Positions 47,383 through 56,356 of a stretch of DNA of 64,000 bases are shown here, one piece after another. Within the stretch, counting starts at the first letter, position 1; each line of letters begins with the position of its first letter. The position numbers were made by a program, and so were the translations under genes. Source of the DNA: an uncultured Clostridia bacterium (GTDB lineage: Bacteria; Bacillota; Clostridia; Christensenellales; CAG-314); NCBI GenBank assembly GCA_947586855.1, contig CANPXV010000008.1:8872-72871 (forward strand), given 5' to 3'. The notes beneath the pieces are model-generated. The model ran no database searches and was not told the DNA's origin. It saw only the letters and a list, made by a program, of their open reading frames with translations.

Positions 47383-47976
47383 ATGAAATTAGCACAAAGT
47401 GAGACCTATCTTAACCTTGCAAAAGCCTTTTCGGCGGAGACGCAAGCCCGCACCCGATACGAGTTTATGGAGTACGGCATGCGCTACAACGGCTACAAAA
47501 CCATGGCGGAGATCGTTGACTCCATCGCCTATCAGGAGTTTAACCACGCACGCATGTTCTACACCTTTTTGCAAAAAGCCAGCGACAAGCCGATAGACAA
47601 CATCGACATCAGCGGCGGATTTCCCTTCAAGGAGAAGTGGGATATCCAGCAAAACCTCAAATTTGCCGCCGACGACGAGCACGCGGAAGCCTACGAAATC
47701 TACCTGCCCGCCGCAAAAATTGCCCGAGAGGAGGGCTTTGAGGACATCGCCGACCTGTTTGAGCTGACCGCCAAGGTAGAAATGCAGCACGAAAAAATAT
47801 TTTTGGAGCTATACGACCAGATGAAAAACGGCACCCTCTACAAAAAGGACAAAGAGGTTGTGTGGATGTGCTCCGGCTGCGGCCACATGGCAAGCGGCAA
47901 AGAGGCTTGGGACACTTGCCCCCTGTGCGGCGCCAAGCAGGGCACCGTTTGCCTCAAATTGCAAAGTCTGCAATGA
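47383..47976 (+). CDS. rbr: Rubrerythrin
   Basis: Ferritin-like E..H motifs (SAETQARTRY, QEFNHA, DDEHAE, KVEMQHE) and a C-terminal rubredoxin CSGCG..CPLCG. Confidence 0.88.
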   Translation: MKLAQSETYLNLAKAFSAETQARTRYEFMEYGMRYNGYKTMAEIVDSIAYQEFNHARMFYTFLQKASDKPIDNIDISGGFPFKEKWDIQQNLKFAADDEHAEAYEIYLPAAKIAREEGFEDIADLFELTAKVEMQHEKIFLELYDQMKNGTLYKKDKEVVWMCSGCGHMASGKEAWDTCPLCGAKQGTVCLKLQSLQ

Positions 47977-48112
47977 CTTTATAAACAAATTTTATAAATT
48001 ATCGGCAATTTGCGCAATTTTATAATTTATACATTATAATCTTGCCACTTGCACGGTTACAAAAACAGCGTTCCCGAACTTATTCGAGAACGCTGTTTGC
48101 GCAAATCAAATG

Positions 48113-48697
48113 TTATCTGCGGCGTTTTTTCTCGCTGCGATACACAAAATTGAGCGTTTTGCGGGGCGCATTGGGGCTGTTGAGAATGTCGTTTTTGGCG
48201 ATGGGCGTCACCACGACATGGCGTCCCGTGCCCTCGCCTTCGCTTTGGGTGGTAACGTACTTGCTACCCTGCAACGCCGTGTGTATGATGCGGCGCTCGT
48301 AGGGATTCATCGGTTCCAGCGAGGCCTGTTTGCCCGTGCGTTTTACCTTTTGTTCCAGATTGCTTGCCAGCCGTTGAAGCGCCTTTTCGCGCTTGGAGCG
48401 GTAGTTTTCGGCGTCCAGATTTACCCGTTTGAACTCGCCACTCTTGCCGTTGTGCATCAGGCTGCAAAGATATTGCAGTGCGTCCAACGTTTCGCCACGA
48501 TAGCCGATGGCCCCGGGTGCGTCTTCGCCCGCAATGCGCAGCAGCAGTGCGTCATCCTTGACAGAGGCCTCCACCCGGCAGTTTAGCCCCATTTTGGTCA
48601 GTACGGTTTGCAAAAAATCCACTACTTTTTGCTGTTCGCAGTCCGACGAGCTTTCCTCTGCGTCGCTTTCGGGCTGCAATTTGATATCATCACTCAT
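48113..48697 (-). CDS. jag: RNA-binding protein Jag/KhpB (KH plus R3H)
   Basis: R3H block LEPMNPYERRIIHTAL. It occupies the usual position downstream of yidC. Confidence 0.85.
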   Translation of the reverse strand: MSDDIKLQPESDAEESSSDCEQQKVVDFLQTVLTKMGLNCRVEASVKDDALLLRIAGEDAPGAIGYRGETLDALQYLCSLMHNGKSGEFKRVNLDAENYRSKREKALQRLASNLEQKVKRTGKQASLEPMNPYERRIIHTALQGSKYVTTQSEGEGTGRHVVVTPIAKNDILNSPNAPRKTLNFVYRSEKKRRR

Positions 48698-48701
48698 ATA
48701 G

Positions 48702-50042
48702 CTACCTCATATATTTGGCCTTGGCGGTGTTGTTCTTGACTTCGTCTCGGCTGATGCGTTTGAGCACCATTTTTTCCACGGGGTAGCGCAGCGCAACGGT
48801 AGACAAAATACTCAATGTGTAGTTTGTTACCATGTAGATTGCAAATGCGCCTGTGTAGATGAAGCCGAACCACGCCATCATCAAGGGCATGATTATCATC
48901 ATTGTTGTGTTTGTTACTTTTTGTTGCTGATTTTGTTCTACCACTTCGCCGCTGCGGTTTTTGCGTTCCATCCGCTGCGAAATGAACATGGACAGGAAAC
49001 TGAGGCCGATGGACAAAAAGGGCAGGATCATGAGGCCGTTCCAGCCGCCCTTGCCGTTGTAGCCGTCGCCCTCCAATACGGCATTGCGCAGTTTTTCGTA
49101 CAGCGTCTCGCCACCATCGGGAAAGTTTTTCATATTGATACTCTCTCCAAAGCCGCCGCCTTCAAACGTCCCGCCGGAGTAGGGCTGCATGACGTCCGCC
49201 CAGGTGTCGGGCTGCCAGACGTTTTTTATCCACAGCCAGCTTTCGTGATGGGTTGCGTAGTACTCCTTGGCAACCGCCAACGCAGCTTGGTCGGCGGCAC
49301 TGCACTTGGGGTTACTGCCCGTTTGATCCCGCTCGTAGCTGCGGGCCGCAAGCACGCCCTCGATTTGGCAGCGCAGTCTGTATTTCGGAACGTCCAATAG
49401 CTGCTCTTCCGTTTTGGATTCGTTGCCCGGATCGCTCTTTATCAGCGCCAACTCCTTGTTGTAGCCGCCTCTCATTCCGTAGCCGTTGTAGTACTTGTCG
49501 GCGAGGTCCTCGTCATCGAGAATTGCGGCAGAGTATGTTTGATAGTACTCGTCCGCCAATGCCTGAAAATTGGTGATACTGCTGTATGTTGAATAGTCTC
49601 GCAGGCCGGCAAACACAACAAAGAATATGATCATCGACACGATCATCGGCAAACAGGTGCCCATCATGCCCATGCCCTGTTTTTTGTACAGCTTTTGTTT
49701 TTCTTCGTTGGCACGCTGGGTGTTGGCGCCGTAACGTCTGTCGATACCCTCCATCAGAGGCTGCATTTGCTGCATTTTGAGGCTGCTTTTGCGTGCGGCA
49801 TACCGTTGCCAGATATCCAGCGGCAACATGATCAACTTCAAAAATACAGTAAACACAACTACCGTCCAGCCGTAGTTGCCTATCCAACTGTGCATCCACC
49901 TGACCAGCTTGCCCATGACGCCCAGATCGTCCTCGGAATATTGAAAGAAATCCGGTGCGGTGTTGTCGCAAGCCACAAAAACGCCCAAACAAAACACAGC
50001 CAATACAATAAGTATAAGTGCACTTTTGGTCTTTTTGTTCAT
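48702..50042 (-). CDS. yidC: YidC/Oxa1-family membrane protein insertase (long form)
   Basis: LPLDIWQ..MQ.LQP, ..GCLPMI.Q.PIF-like block (GTCLPMIVSMIIFF). Lies in the rnpA-yidD-yidC-jag context. Confidence 0.85.
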   Translation of the reverse strand: MNKKTKSALILIVLAVFCLGVFVACDNTAPDFFQYSEDDLGVMGKLVRWMHSWIGNYGWTVVVFTVFLKLIMLPLDIWQRYAARKSSLKMQQMQPLMEGIDRRYGANTQRANEEKQKLYKKQGMGMMGTCLPMIVSMIIFFVVFAGLRDYSTYSSITNFQALADEYYQTYSAAILDDEDLADKYYNGYGMRGGYNKELALIKSDPGNESKTEEQLLDVPKYRLRCQIEGVLAARSYERDQTGSNPKCSAADQAALAVAKEYYATHHESWLWIKNVWQPDTWADVMQPYSGGTFEGGGFGESINMKNFPDGGETLYEKLRNAVLEGDGYNGKGGWNGLMILPFLSIGLSFLSMFISQRMERKNRSGEVVEQNQQQKVTNTTMMIIMPLMMAWFGFIYTGAFAIYMVTNYTLSILSTVALRYPVEKMVLKRISRDEVKNNTAKAKYMR

Positions 50043-50066
50043 TTTTACTCCTGAAATGTCTCGGTA

Positions 50067-50309
50067 CTACACGTGCCACTTGATACTGCGCAATCGGGTG
50101 GGGACGGGATCGAAACCGCCCTTGCCCCAGGGCGCACACCTGCACAGCCGCTTGATTGTGAGCCAACTGCCCACCACAAATCCAAAACGGCTGTACGCCT
50201 CCATCGAATAGACCGAGCAGCTGGGTGTGTAGATGCACCGCTTGCCGCCCTTCCACTTGGATATGGTGGCCTTGTACAGTTTCAACAGCGCTATGGCGAT
50301 ATACTTCAT
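50067..50309 (-). CDS. yidD: Membrane protein insertion efficiency factor YidD
   Basis: C.Y.PSCS.Y...A....G...G..L...R..RC.P motif. Confidence 0.88.
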   Translation of the reverse strand: MKYIAIALLKLYKATISKWKGGKRCIYTPSCSVYSMEAYSRFGFVVGSWLTIKRLCRCAPWGKGGFDPVPTRLRSIKWHV

Positions 50310-50638
50310 TGCGTCAGCCCTGCCTTTTGCAGCAATTTGCCGACGCTATCCGCTATGTCGCCGTAGTTGTACGCCTCCTTTTTGCGAGGAATGAGCACCA
50401 GATTGTAGCCTGCGACTATCTGCGGCGCAAATGCCGACACCGCCGCCTTCATCTGGCGCCTGATACGATTGCGCTGCACTGCGTGCCCGTACTTTTTGCT
50501 GACGGAAAACCCTATCTTGCTGGGGTTGCTGTGCGCCGTGCAGTACAGCAAAATAAAATTTTTGTCCGCAACGCTTTGGGCGTGCTTGTACACGTAGTTG
50601 TACTGATAGTTTTTTTTGAGTCTGTATATAGACTTCAA
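50306..50638 (-). CDS. rnpA: Ribonuclease P protein component
   Basis: IGFSVSKK.G.AV.RNR.RR block. It lies immediately downstream of rpmH. Confidence 0.88.
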   Translation of the reverse strand: MKSIYRLKKNYQYNYVYKHAQSVADKNFILLYCTAHSNPSKIGFSVSKKYGHAVQRNRIRRQMKAAVSAFAPQIVAGYNLVLIPRKKEAYNYGDIADSVGKLLQKAGLTQ

Positions 50639-50650
50639 AGCTGCCCTCGG

Positions 50651-50785
50651 TTATGCGGAAATATGGTGACGACCCTTGTTTCTGCGTCTGGCCAGCGTCC
50701 TGCGGCCGCCGGTGGTCTTCATCCTGGCACGAAATCCGTGGACTTTGCTTCTCTGTCTCTTTTTGGGTTGGTAGGTTCTTTTCAT
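50651..50785 (-). CDS. rpmH: 50S ribosomal protein L34
   Basis: Hand-translated 44 aa: [44 protein letters not shown], with AAGGAGA upstream. It is below the ORF-track length cutoff. Confidence 0.95.
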   Translation of the reverse strand: MKRTYQPKKRQRSKVHGFRARMKTTGGRRTLARRRNKGRHHISA

Positions 50786-51049
50786 TTTTCTGTCTCCTTA
50801 TGTCAGCGCCTTGGCGCCTTGTGATCCGTTGGGCCGCCGCAGCCGACGTGCACTTGGGCATAATCGACCACGATAGCATACAGTGATATTTTAGCAAACA
50901 ATCCCATATAAGTCAAGCAAAAACACCCCACCCGCCCGCCCCACACCGACAAGTCGGGCGATTTTTTTGCGCCCAAGCCCCGTGTGACAAATAGTGTCGT
51001 GACTTTTTGCGCCGTCATCTGTATAATGATAGTTGCAAGGAGGCACACA

Positions 51050-51541
51050 ATGAATTTCGGCGAAAAATTGAAACATCTCAGGCAACAAAACGGCCTCGCG
51101 CAGGAGGCGCTGGCGGACAAGCTGTTTGTAACTCGCACGGCCGTGTCCAAGTGGGAGACGGACAAGGGGCTGCCGTCGATTGACAGCCTGAAATTGATTT
51201 CGCAGCTGTTTGGCGTAAGCATGGACGAGCTGATTGGCGAGGGGGACATCGAAACGGGGCGGCGGCTGGAAGAAAAACGTGCCAGGGTGATGTACGGCAT
51301 TGCGCTGGGCTTTATTGCGCTGGCAACGGCGTTTGCACTGCTGGCGTATTTTTTGAAGCAGCCACTTTGGAGCGTCGGAGGGGCGGTTGCGGCGGCGATG
51401 TACGTGCTTTTTGGAGTGCTGTCCAAGCCACGGCACAGGCGATTTTCCGCCAAAAAGCTGTTGCTGCCCTACGTTTTTTCTCGCATAGTTGTTTTGCTGT
51501 TTGTGATTGGGCTGATATTGTTTACCGTGCTGACGATTTAG
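51050..51541 (+). CDS. XRE-family HTH regulator fused to a membrane domain
   Basis: LKHLRQQNGLAQEALADKLFVTRTAVSKWETDKGLPSI, then three hydrophobic helices. AAGGAGG lies upstream of the ATG at 51050. Confidence 0.8.
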   Translation: MNFGEKLKHLRQQNGLAQEALADKLFVTRTAVSKWETDKGLPSIDSLKLISQLFGVSMDELIGEGDIETGRRLEEKRARVMYGIALGFIALATAFALLAYFLKQPLWSVGGAVAAAMYVLFGVLSKPRHRRFSAKKLLLPYVFSRIVVLLFVIGLILFTVLTI

Positions 51542-54250
51542 CGCCCCCCCCCGCCAATCTGTCGTGGAAAATCAAAAATTGATTGCTCGATATATCCCCC
51601 GCAGACTTTCGAACAAAAAATAACTTTTACTTTTGTTCAAAAGTGTTTTTGCATTAAAAAGTGTGAAATACCTATTTGGCGCAGAATTTTACTGTTGCGG
51701 TTTTGGTGGGCGCAAGCGAAAATTTTATAAGCTACTTTTTAACACTATGTTATATTACTTTTGAACAAAAGTCTGCGCAATATCAACTGCAACCTGCGCA
51801 TATCGCACCATGCCCTGCCTTTCATCCCTACATCTCGCCCCCCCCCACCCACCTTTTTAGTCACCTCCGTCTCATTTACGATGGTCGCAACCATTTCTAT
51901 CGGTACTGCAGCCTTGCCACACACACGACTTATTTCAACAAAACCAGCCGCCAACCGTCGCCGCTCACTCCCGCCGAAGATCATAAAATTTAATATTTTT
52001 CCATTATCGCCTACCACACAATTTCCGACAAAACAAACTGCGCAACTCCACAAGCAAACTTTTATCGCCGAAATAAATATCGAACATTACAGTAGACGCC
52101 TTCTTCTAAAAAACCATTAAGTCATTTTATCGTAAAATATAACCCTCGTACTTTTCTCGTCGTCAATATTTTGACACAACCGAGGGTCAACCCATCAAAA
52201 AAAACACGCCGGACACGCAAGCTCGACACTCGTCACGTTGACTTCTCCAAAATAAGACGTTTCGACCATCCCTTTGCAATTTCCAATAAGTCGGCGCCAC
52301 GCAATATGCTATTTCAATCGACCACTTTGAAAAAATCACCAACGCAAGAAAAGGACACGTTTTGGAAGTAATGATTGGACATGAGACGCAAACCCGTCTC
52401 TTTTCCAAAAACATACTCCACTAAAACAATCCTATCAATTTGAGGAGCAACCATATCTTCCAATCAATAATTGTGAAAAACTGCCTGCCGCCGGAAGCTT
52501 AACCTTGCAAAAATGCATTTCTCATTCCTTTTTACAATTAAATTTCCGCATGGCAATCAGATCTTGTCATAGCAAACTCACCCACCACAAAAAAAATTGA
52601 ATACAGAAAACGGTTTATTGGGGCTCTCGTTTACACCCAACCCCAAAAGCAAAGCTCCTAACACAAAAATAATCTGAACGAACGAAGTTTATCCCAACAA
52701 AAACCGTACGGATACATCCTCAGATAAATCACAAGCGCATATAACTTGTGTGGGGAGGGCGCTACAAATGCGCTGCGTCAAATTTAAGTGTAAACCAGCG
52801 CAAGAAAATCTGAATACCCCTGGTCCATAACGCAAATGTTCCACGTGAAACAGTCGATTCGCAACAACATAACAATATGATTAATATCATCAATACTCAC
52901 ACCATTAGACAATTCGCACAATTCGCTCAAACCGACAGGCGTGGGCACCGCACGTCCAATCGCAAATATTTTTATCAAAGCAAAAACTGCTTTGCGCTAT
53001 TTTACCACAATCATCAAAAGCACCGGATTCAGTTGGGAAAATGTGCACAATATCGTTTCAGCACAAAAGCTGCGCATACATCGACAGGAAAGTTAAAAGT
53101 AACGAAAGTACATCACAGATAGGTATCTAAATCACAAAAAAAAGGACAACAATTAAAATTTGCCATTGCGGCCATCAACTCTCACTCCAAGAAAGCAACG
53201 CTCCCAAAATTTCTTTCGAAATAATCTACATATAACGAATTTTAGTTTGCGCCAAATTTTACTCTTTCGAACTTCTATAAAAAATCTTCGCACCTTATAG
53301 ATCAACGTAAAATGCCTTAAAGAACACCCCTCCGCACTTTTCCCGATTGCGATACATCAACCCACCTCAAACTATACGATATTTGTTAATTACACCCTAA
53401 TTACCAAATGTTTCACGTGAAACACATCTTAAACAATCGAACCTTATTCGTTCTTGGACAAATAGATCGCCATTTCGGCACATCTACCCACACAATTCTC
53501 AACGGTGTAGACAAAATACCCATAGAGCTTTGGCAACTTTGCAAAATTTCCCAAGCAAAGGAGCTTTGGCGAAAGTCCCGTCCAATCAAAAATCAATATA
53601 AACAATGGTCATTAACCCCGATAAACAAAAAAACAATACAGTAAATTTATCTTTGACTTCTAAAAATTATGTTATAAAATCTGTCTAAATGGGCCGTTTT
53701 AACAGAATTTTTTAGATCAATTTTTCAAAATTTCCGACCTAATAAAAACCCATTCTGTGTAATTTGAAGGATTTTTGTATAATTTAACTCATAGAACACG
53801 TCGCAAGACTCACACATCCATTGTCTTATCTACATATATGAACCGATAACACGACACACGGGATATCACAAAATGATTGCTAATGCGATAAAACCATTAG
53901 CGATGTTGCGTTTGATTTTTACAACAATTCCGGAGTCTACTTCCCATGGTGCATAGTCCGGACATAAATCATAAATCTTGAAAGTTTATGTGCGCCCACG
54001 AATAGATTAGTATTTTACTTGTAAAAAAGTCATAAAGCAACCAATATTTCAACTCATATCTCCTTCATTTATTGACGAATCGAATTACAAAAGAAAATTT
54101 TGACGCACGATCTCGCAGAAACGTTTCACGTGAAACATGTTGCCCGGCTTCACAAAATTCATTTCAAAAAGTTTGTGAAGATTTTTTTAGTGCCAACCTA
54201 TAAATGGCGGAATTATAGGGGCGCAGAAGAAATTTCTATTTGTTTTTATT

Positions 54251-54590
54251 GTGGCGCATACATAGAAATTATTTTTTTGAATCGCACAGGTATCAAAACT
54301 CGATTCTTTTAACAATACGGTTTTGAATAATGTGAATAAGTTATTTGTGTTATTGTGAGTATTAAGTGCAAAATCAATCTCTTTTTTTTTAATGTGACGC
54401 ATTACATAGAAATTATTTTTTGGTATCGCACAGACATTAGACTAAATTCTTTTACCAATACGGTTTTGAAATAATGCGAATAAGTTATTGTGTTGTTGCG
54501 AGTATTAAGTGCAAAATGGTGCAGTTGCTGTAATGTGATGGGCGCATTCAAATTTTGTTATAGATAAATGCAAAATTGTTTGTAAAAATT
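54251..54590. repeat. Tandem repeat of about 143 bp (two full copies plus a diverged third)
   Basis: GTGGCGCATACATAGAAATTATTTTT..ACGGTTTTGAATAATG.GAATAAGTTATT.GTGTT.TTG.GAGTATTAAGTGCAAAAT is seen at 54251 and 54394. A third start, GTGATGGGCGCATTC, is at 54535. Confidence 0.8.
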
Positions 54591-55358
54591 TGGCGCAGGG
54601 TGAAGCTTTTGTTGTTTCGTCAATAATATATTGGGCGCCTTCATCTTTTGTTGTAGATAAATGCAAAGTGCATGGGGCGCAAAAATTTTTGTATTTTTGC
54701 CGGAGCAAGATAACGTTGTATGCACTCAGTCACATTCCAACATTGTTCTGATTATAATCAGATTGGCAAGTGTCGGCTGCATTGTTGTTTGTCTCTGTAT
54801 TGCCCGGGATGACCGCCCGTTTTGATAAATCATGGTTTATGTCCGACCGTCATATTTATATTCAGAAATAATTTTTTGGAGAAAAAGATTGTTGGCGGCG
54901 AAAAAGACAATATAAGCAATTTTACGTTTCTATTTCAAGCATTTTCATATACCCCTTATTATTTGTTGCAAGATGGATCAGATGTAAATGTAGCAGCAAC
55001 ACTTTTCTTGATTCGATTGCGGAATTACAATTTTGCCAAAATTACATTCTTCGGCTGCTGCTCATTTTCCCGAAATACAAGTTTTTCGCAAGGCGCAGAC
55101 GGTTATTATTTCGGCGAGTTGTTAGCGCCGATTGGCAGGACGTCTCTGCGCCCGCACGCTAAATATCCGGCTTTGTGTTTTTTCGAGATGTTATAGATTA
55201 GGCTGGTCCATAGAAAAATTTTATAAGTTATGTTTTTATGACAAAATTTTCTATTAAGGGCTACACTTAAAAAGGGAGGTTCATATGATGCTCCGATATA
55301 AATGTTTGCTGAAAAACAATTGTGTGCGAGGAGATCTATATGGGGGAATTGCCAAACC

Positions 55359-55585
55359 AAGTACAACACCGAGAAAGAAGTTCAAAATAGTGCAACACTT
55401 AAGGAGAAGGTCAAAATAGCGTAGCACTCAAAGAAAAGTTAAAATAGTGCAGCACTTAGAAAGAAGTTTGAGTAGTGCGACCCTTCGAGAGAAGTTCGGA
55501 GTGGCGCACCACTTGAAGAGAAGTTCAAAATAGTGTAGCACTCAAAAAGAATTTTAAAATTTTGCAACACTTAGAAGGAAGTCCA
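55359..55585. repeat. Iteron array: seven to eight head-to-tail 28/29-bp units, consensus AAGTTCAAAATAGTGCAGCACTTARAAAG
   Basis: Unit boundaries fall at 55378, 55407, 55436, 55464, 55492, 55521 and 55550. Each unit carries the palindromic core AGTGC.GCACT. There are no intervening spacers. Confidence 0.85.
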
Positions 55586-55692
55586 TTAAATAAACCTATA
55601 GTTGTATGCTGCTATATCGTTGGCGAAGTTTATAAGCTGATGTTTAATTAAGGCAGAATGCCTACAAATTTATACCGATTCTACTGGCGATT

Positions 55693-55881
55693 GTGGGCGG
55701 TTTGCTTGGGGTTGTAATTTACTTTACCAACCCGGAAATGATTTTCAATGCAGAAAACATTTGGATTGCTTTGGGGGTCGGAATAGTCATTGGGGCATCT
55801 TCTACTGGGGCGAATCAAATCATAAAACAGTTGTTTCCGCAGCAAAATGATGTTAATTCGAAAGATAAAGACGATAATTAA
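55693..55881 (+). CDS. Holin-like small membrane protein, probably 5'-truncated
   Basis: One to two TM segments and a charged tail (SKDKDDN). The frame is open upstream to 55648 with no ATG; only a GTG at 55693. The terminator AAATGGCTTAAA..TTTAAGCCATTT lies downstream. Confidence 0.4.
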   Translation: MGGLLGVVIYFTNPEMIFNAENIWIALGVGIVIGASSTGANQIIKQLFPQQNDVNSKDKDDN

Positions 55882-55951
55882 AGAAAATATTACAAATGGC
55901 TTAAATTCAACTTTAAGCCATTTGTAGTGTTAGTGTTTTGAATTTTTTCAA

Positions 55952-56356
55952 TTATTTAAAATCGTATCCTAATAGTCCGATTGCGTCTTCTGAATTTGTT
56001 GTTATCAAGATTTTTCCAAAGCGTACCAATTTTTGTTCTGTGCTTATTTCTTGATAGTAATCGTACATTTGTTTTGCTTGTTTTTCTGTTTTGTACTCCT
56101 CAAATACTATATTGTTAACTTTGTTGATTAGCAAGCCGTAGTGATTAATGAGCTCTACTGAAAAATTCTTGTCGGCCCGTGAAAGTTCCCAATTTATTGT
56201 TTCATTGGCATTTTGCAGTGTTTCCTCATCATTTTCAATATATGTTTCAAATCCGGCTTCTTTTAAGCGAGCTATATCGTTAGCTACATCTTTATCCCAA
56301 GTATAATCAGGGGTGCATGCACCCAAAATAAGTGTAATTGCCATTAAAATCACCAT
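55952..56356 (-). CDS. Low-GC lipoprotein, hypothetical (the start region looks frameshifted)
   Basis: Lipobox LILGAC. The best RBS/ATG pair (GGAGGAcattATG at 56376) is one nt out of frame. Confidence 0.5.
   Translation of the reverse strand: MVILMAITLILGACTPDYTWDKDVANDIARLKEAGFETYIENDEETLQNANETINWELSRADKNFSVELINHYGLLINKVNNIVFEEYKTEKQAKQMYDYYQEISTEQKLVRFGKILITTNSEDAIGLLGYDFK

Noticed and set aside
50786-51049. oriC / DnaA boxes in the rpmH-upstream intergenic region
   Set aside because: No 9-mer matches TTATCCACA/TGTGGATAA better than about 6/9. The better cluster is upstream of dnaN.
51676-52120. Overlapping 100-119-aa ORFs on both strands at the start of the desert
   Set aside because: Three mutually overlapping frames are open, which is a signature of skewed composition rather than coding. 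The translations lack Gly, Asp and Glu as expected from G-poor DNA, and there are no RBSs.
54822-55196. 124-aa plus-strand ORF in the desert
   Set aside because: It has a TTG start without an RBS, T-rich composition and no motif. It could be a fragment of a decayed gene, but I cannot support a call.
55285-55557. A TAG-recoded (stop-codon reassigned) 90-codon gene through the iterons
   Set aside because: The in-frame TAGs arise from the repeat consensus AAAATAGTG combined with a 57-nt two-unit period. There is no other sign of recoding in the window, where host genes end with all three stops.
55359-55585. CRISPR array
   Set aside because: The repeats are directly abutting with no spacers, the units are degenerate, and there are no cas genes nearby.
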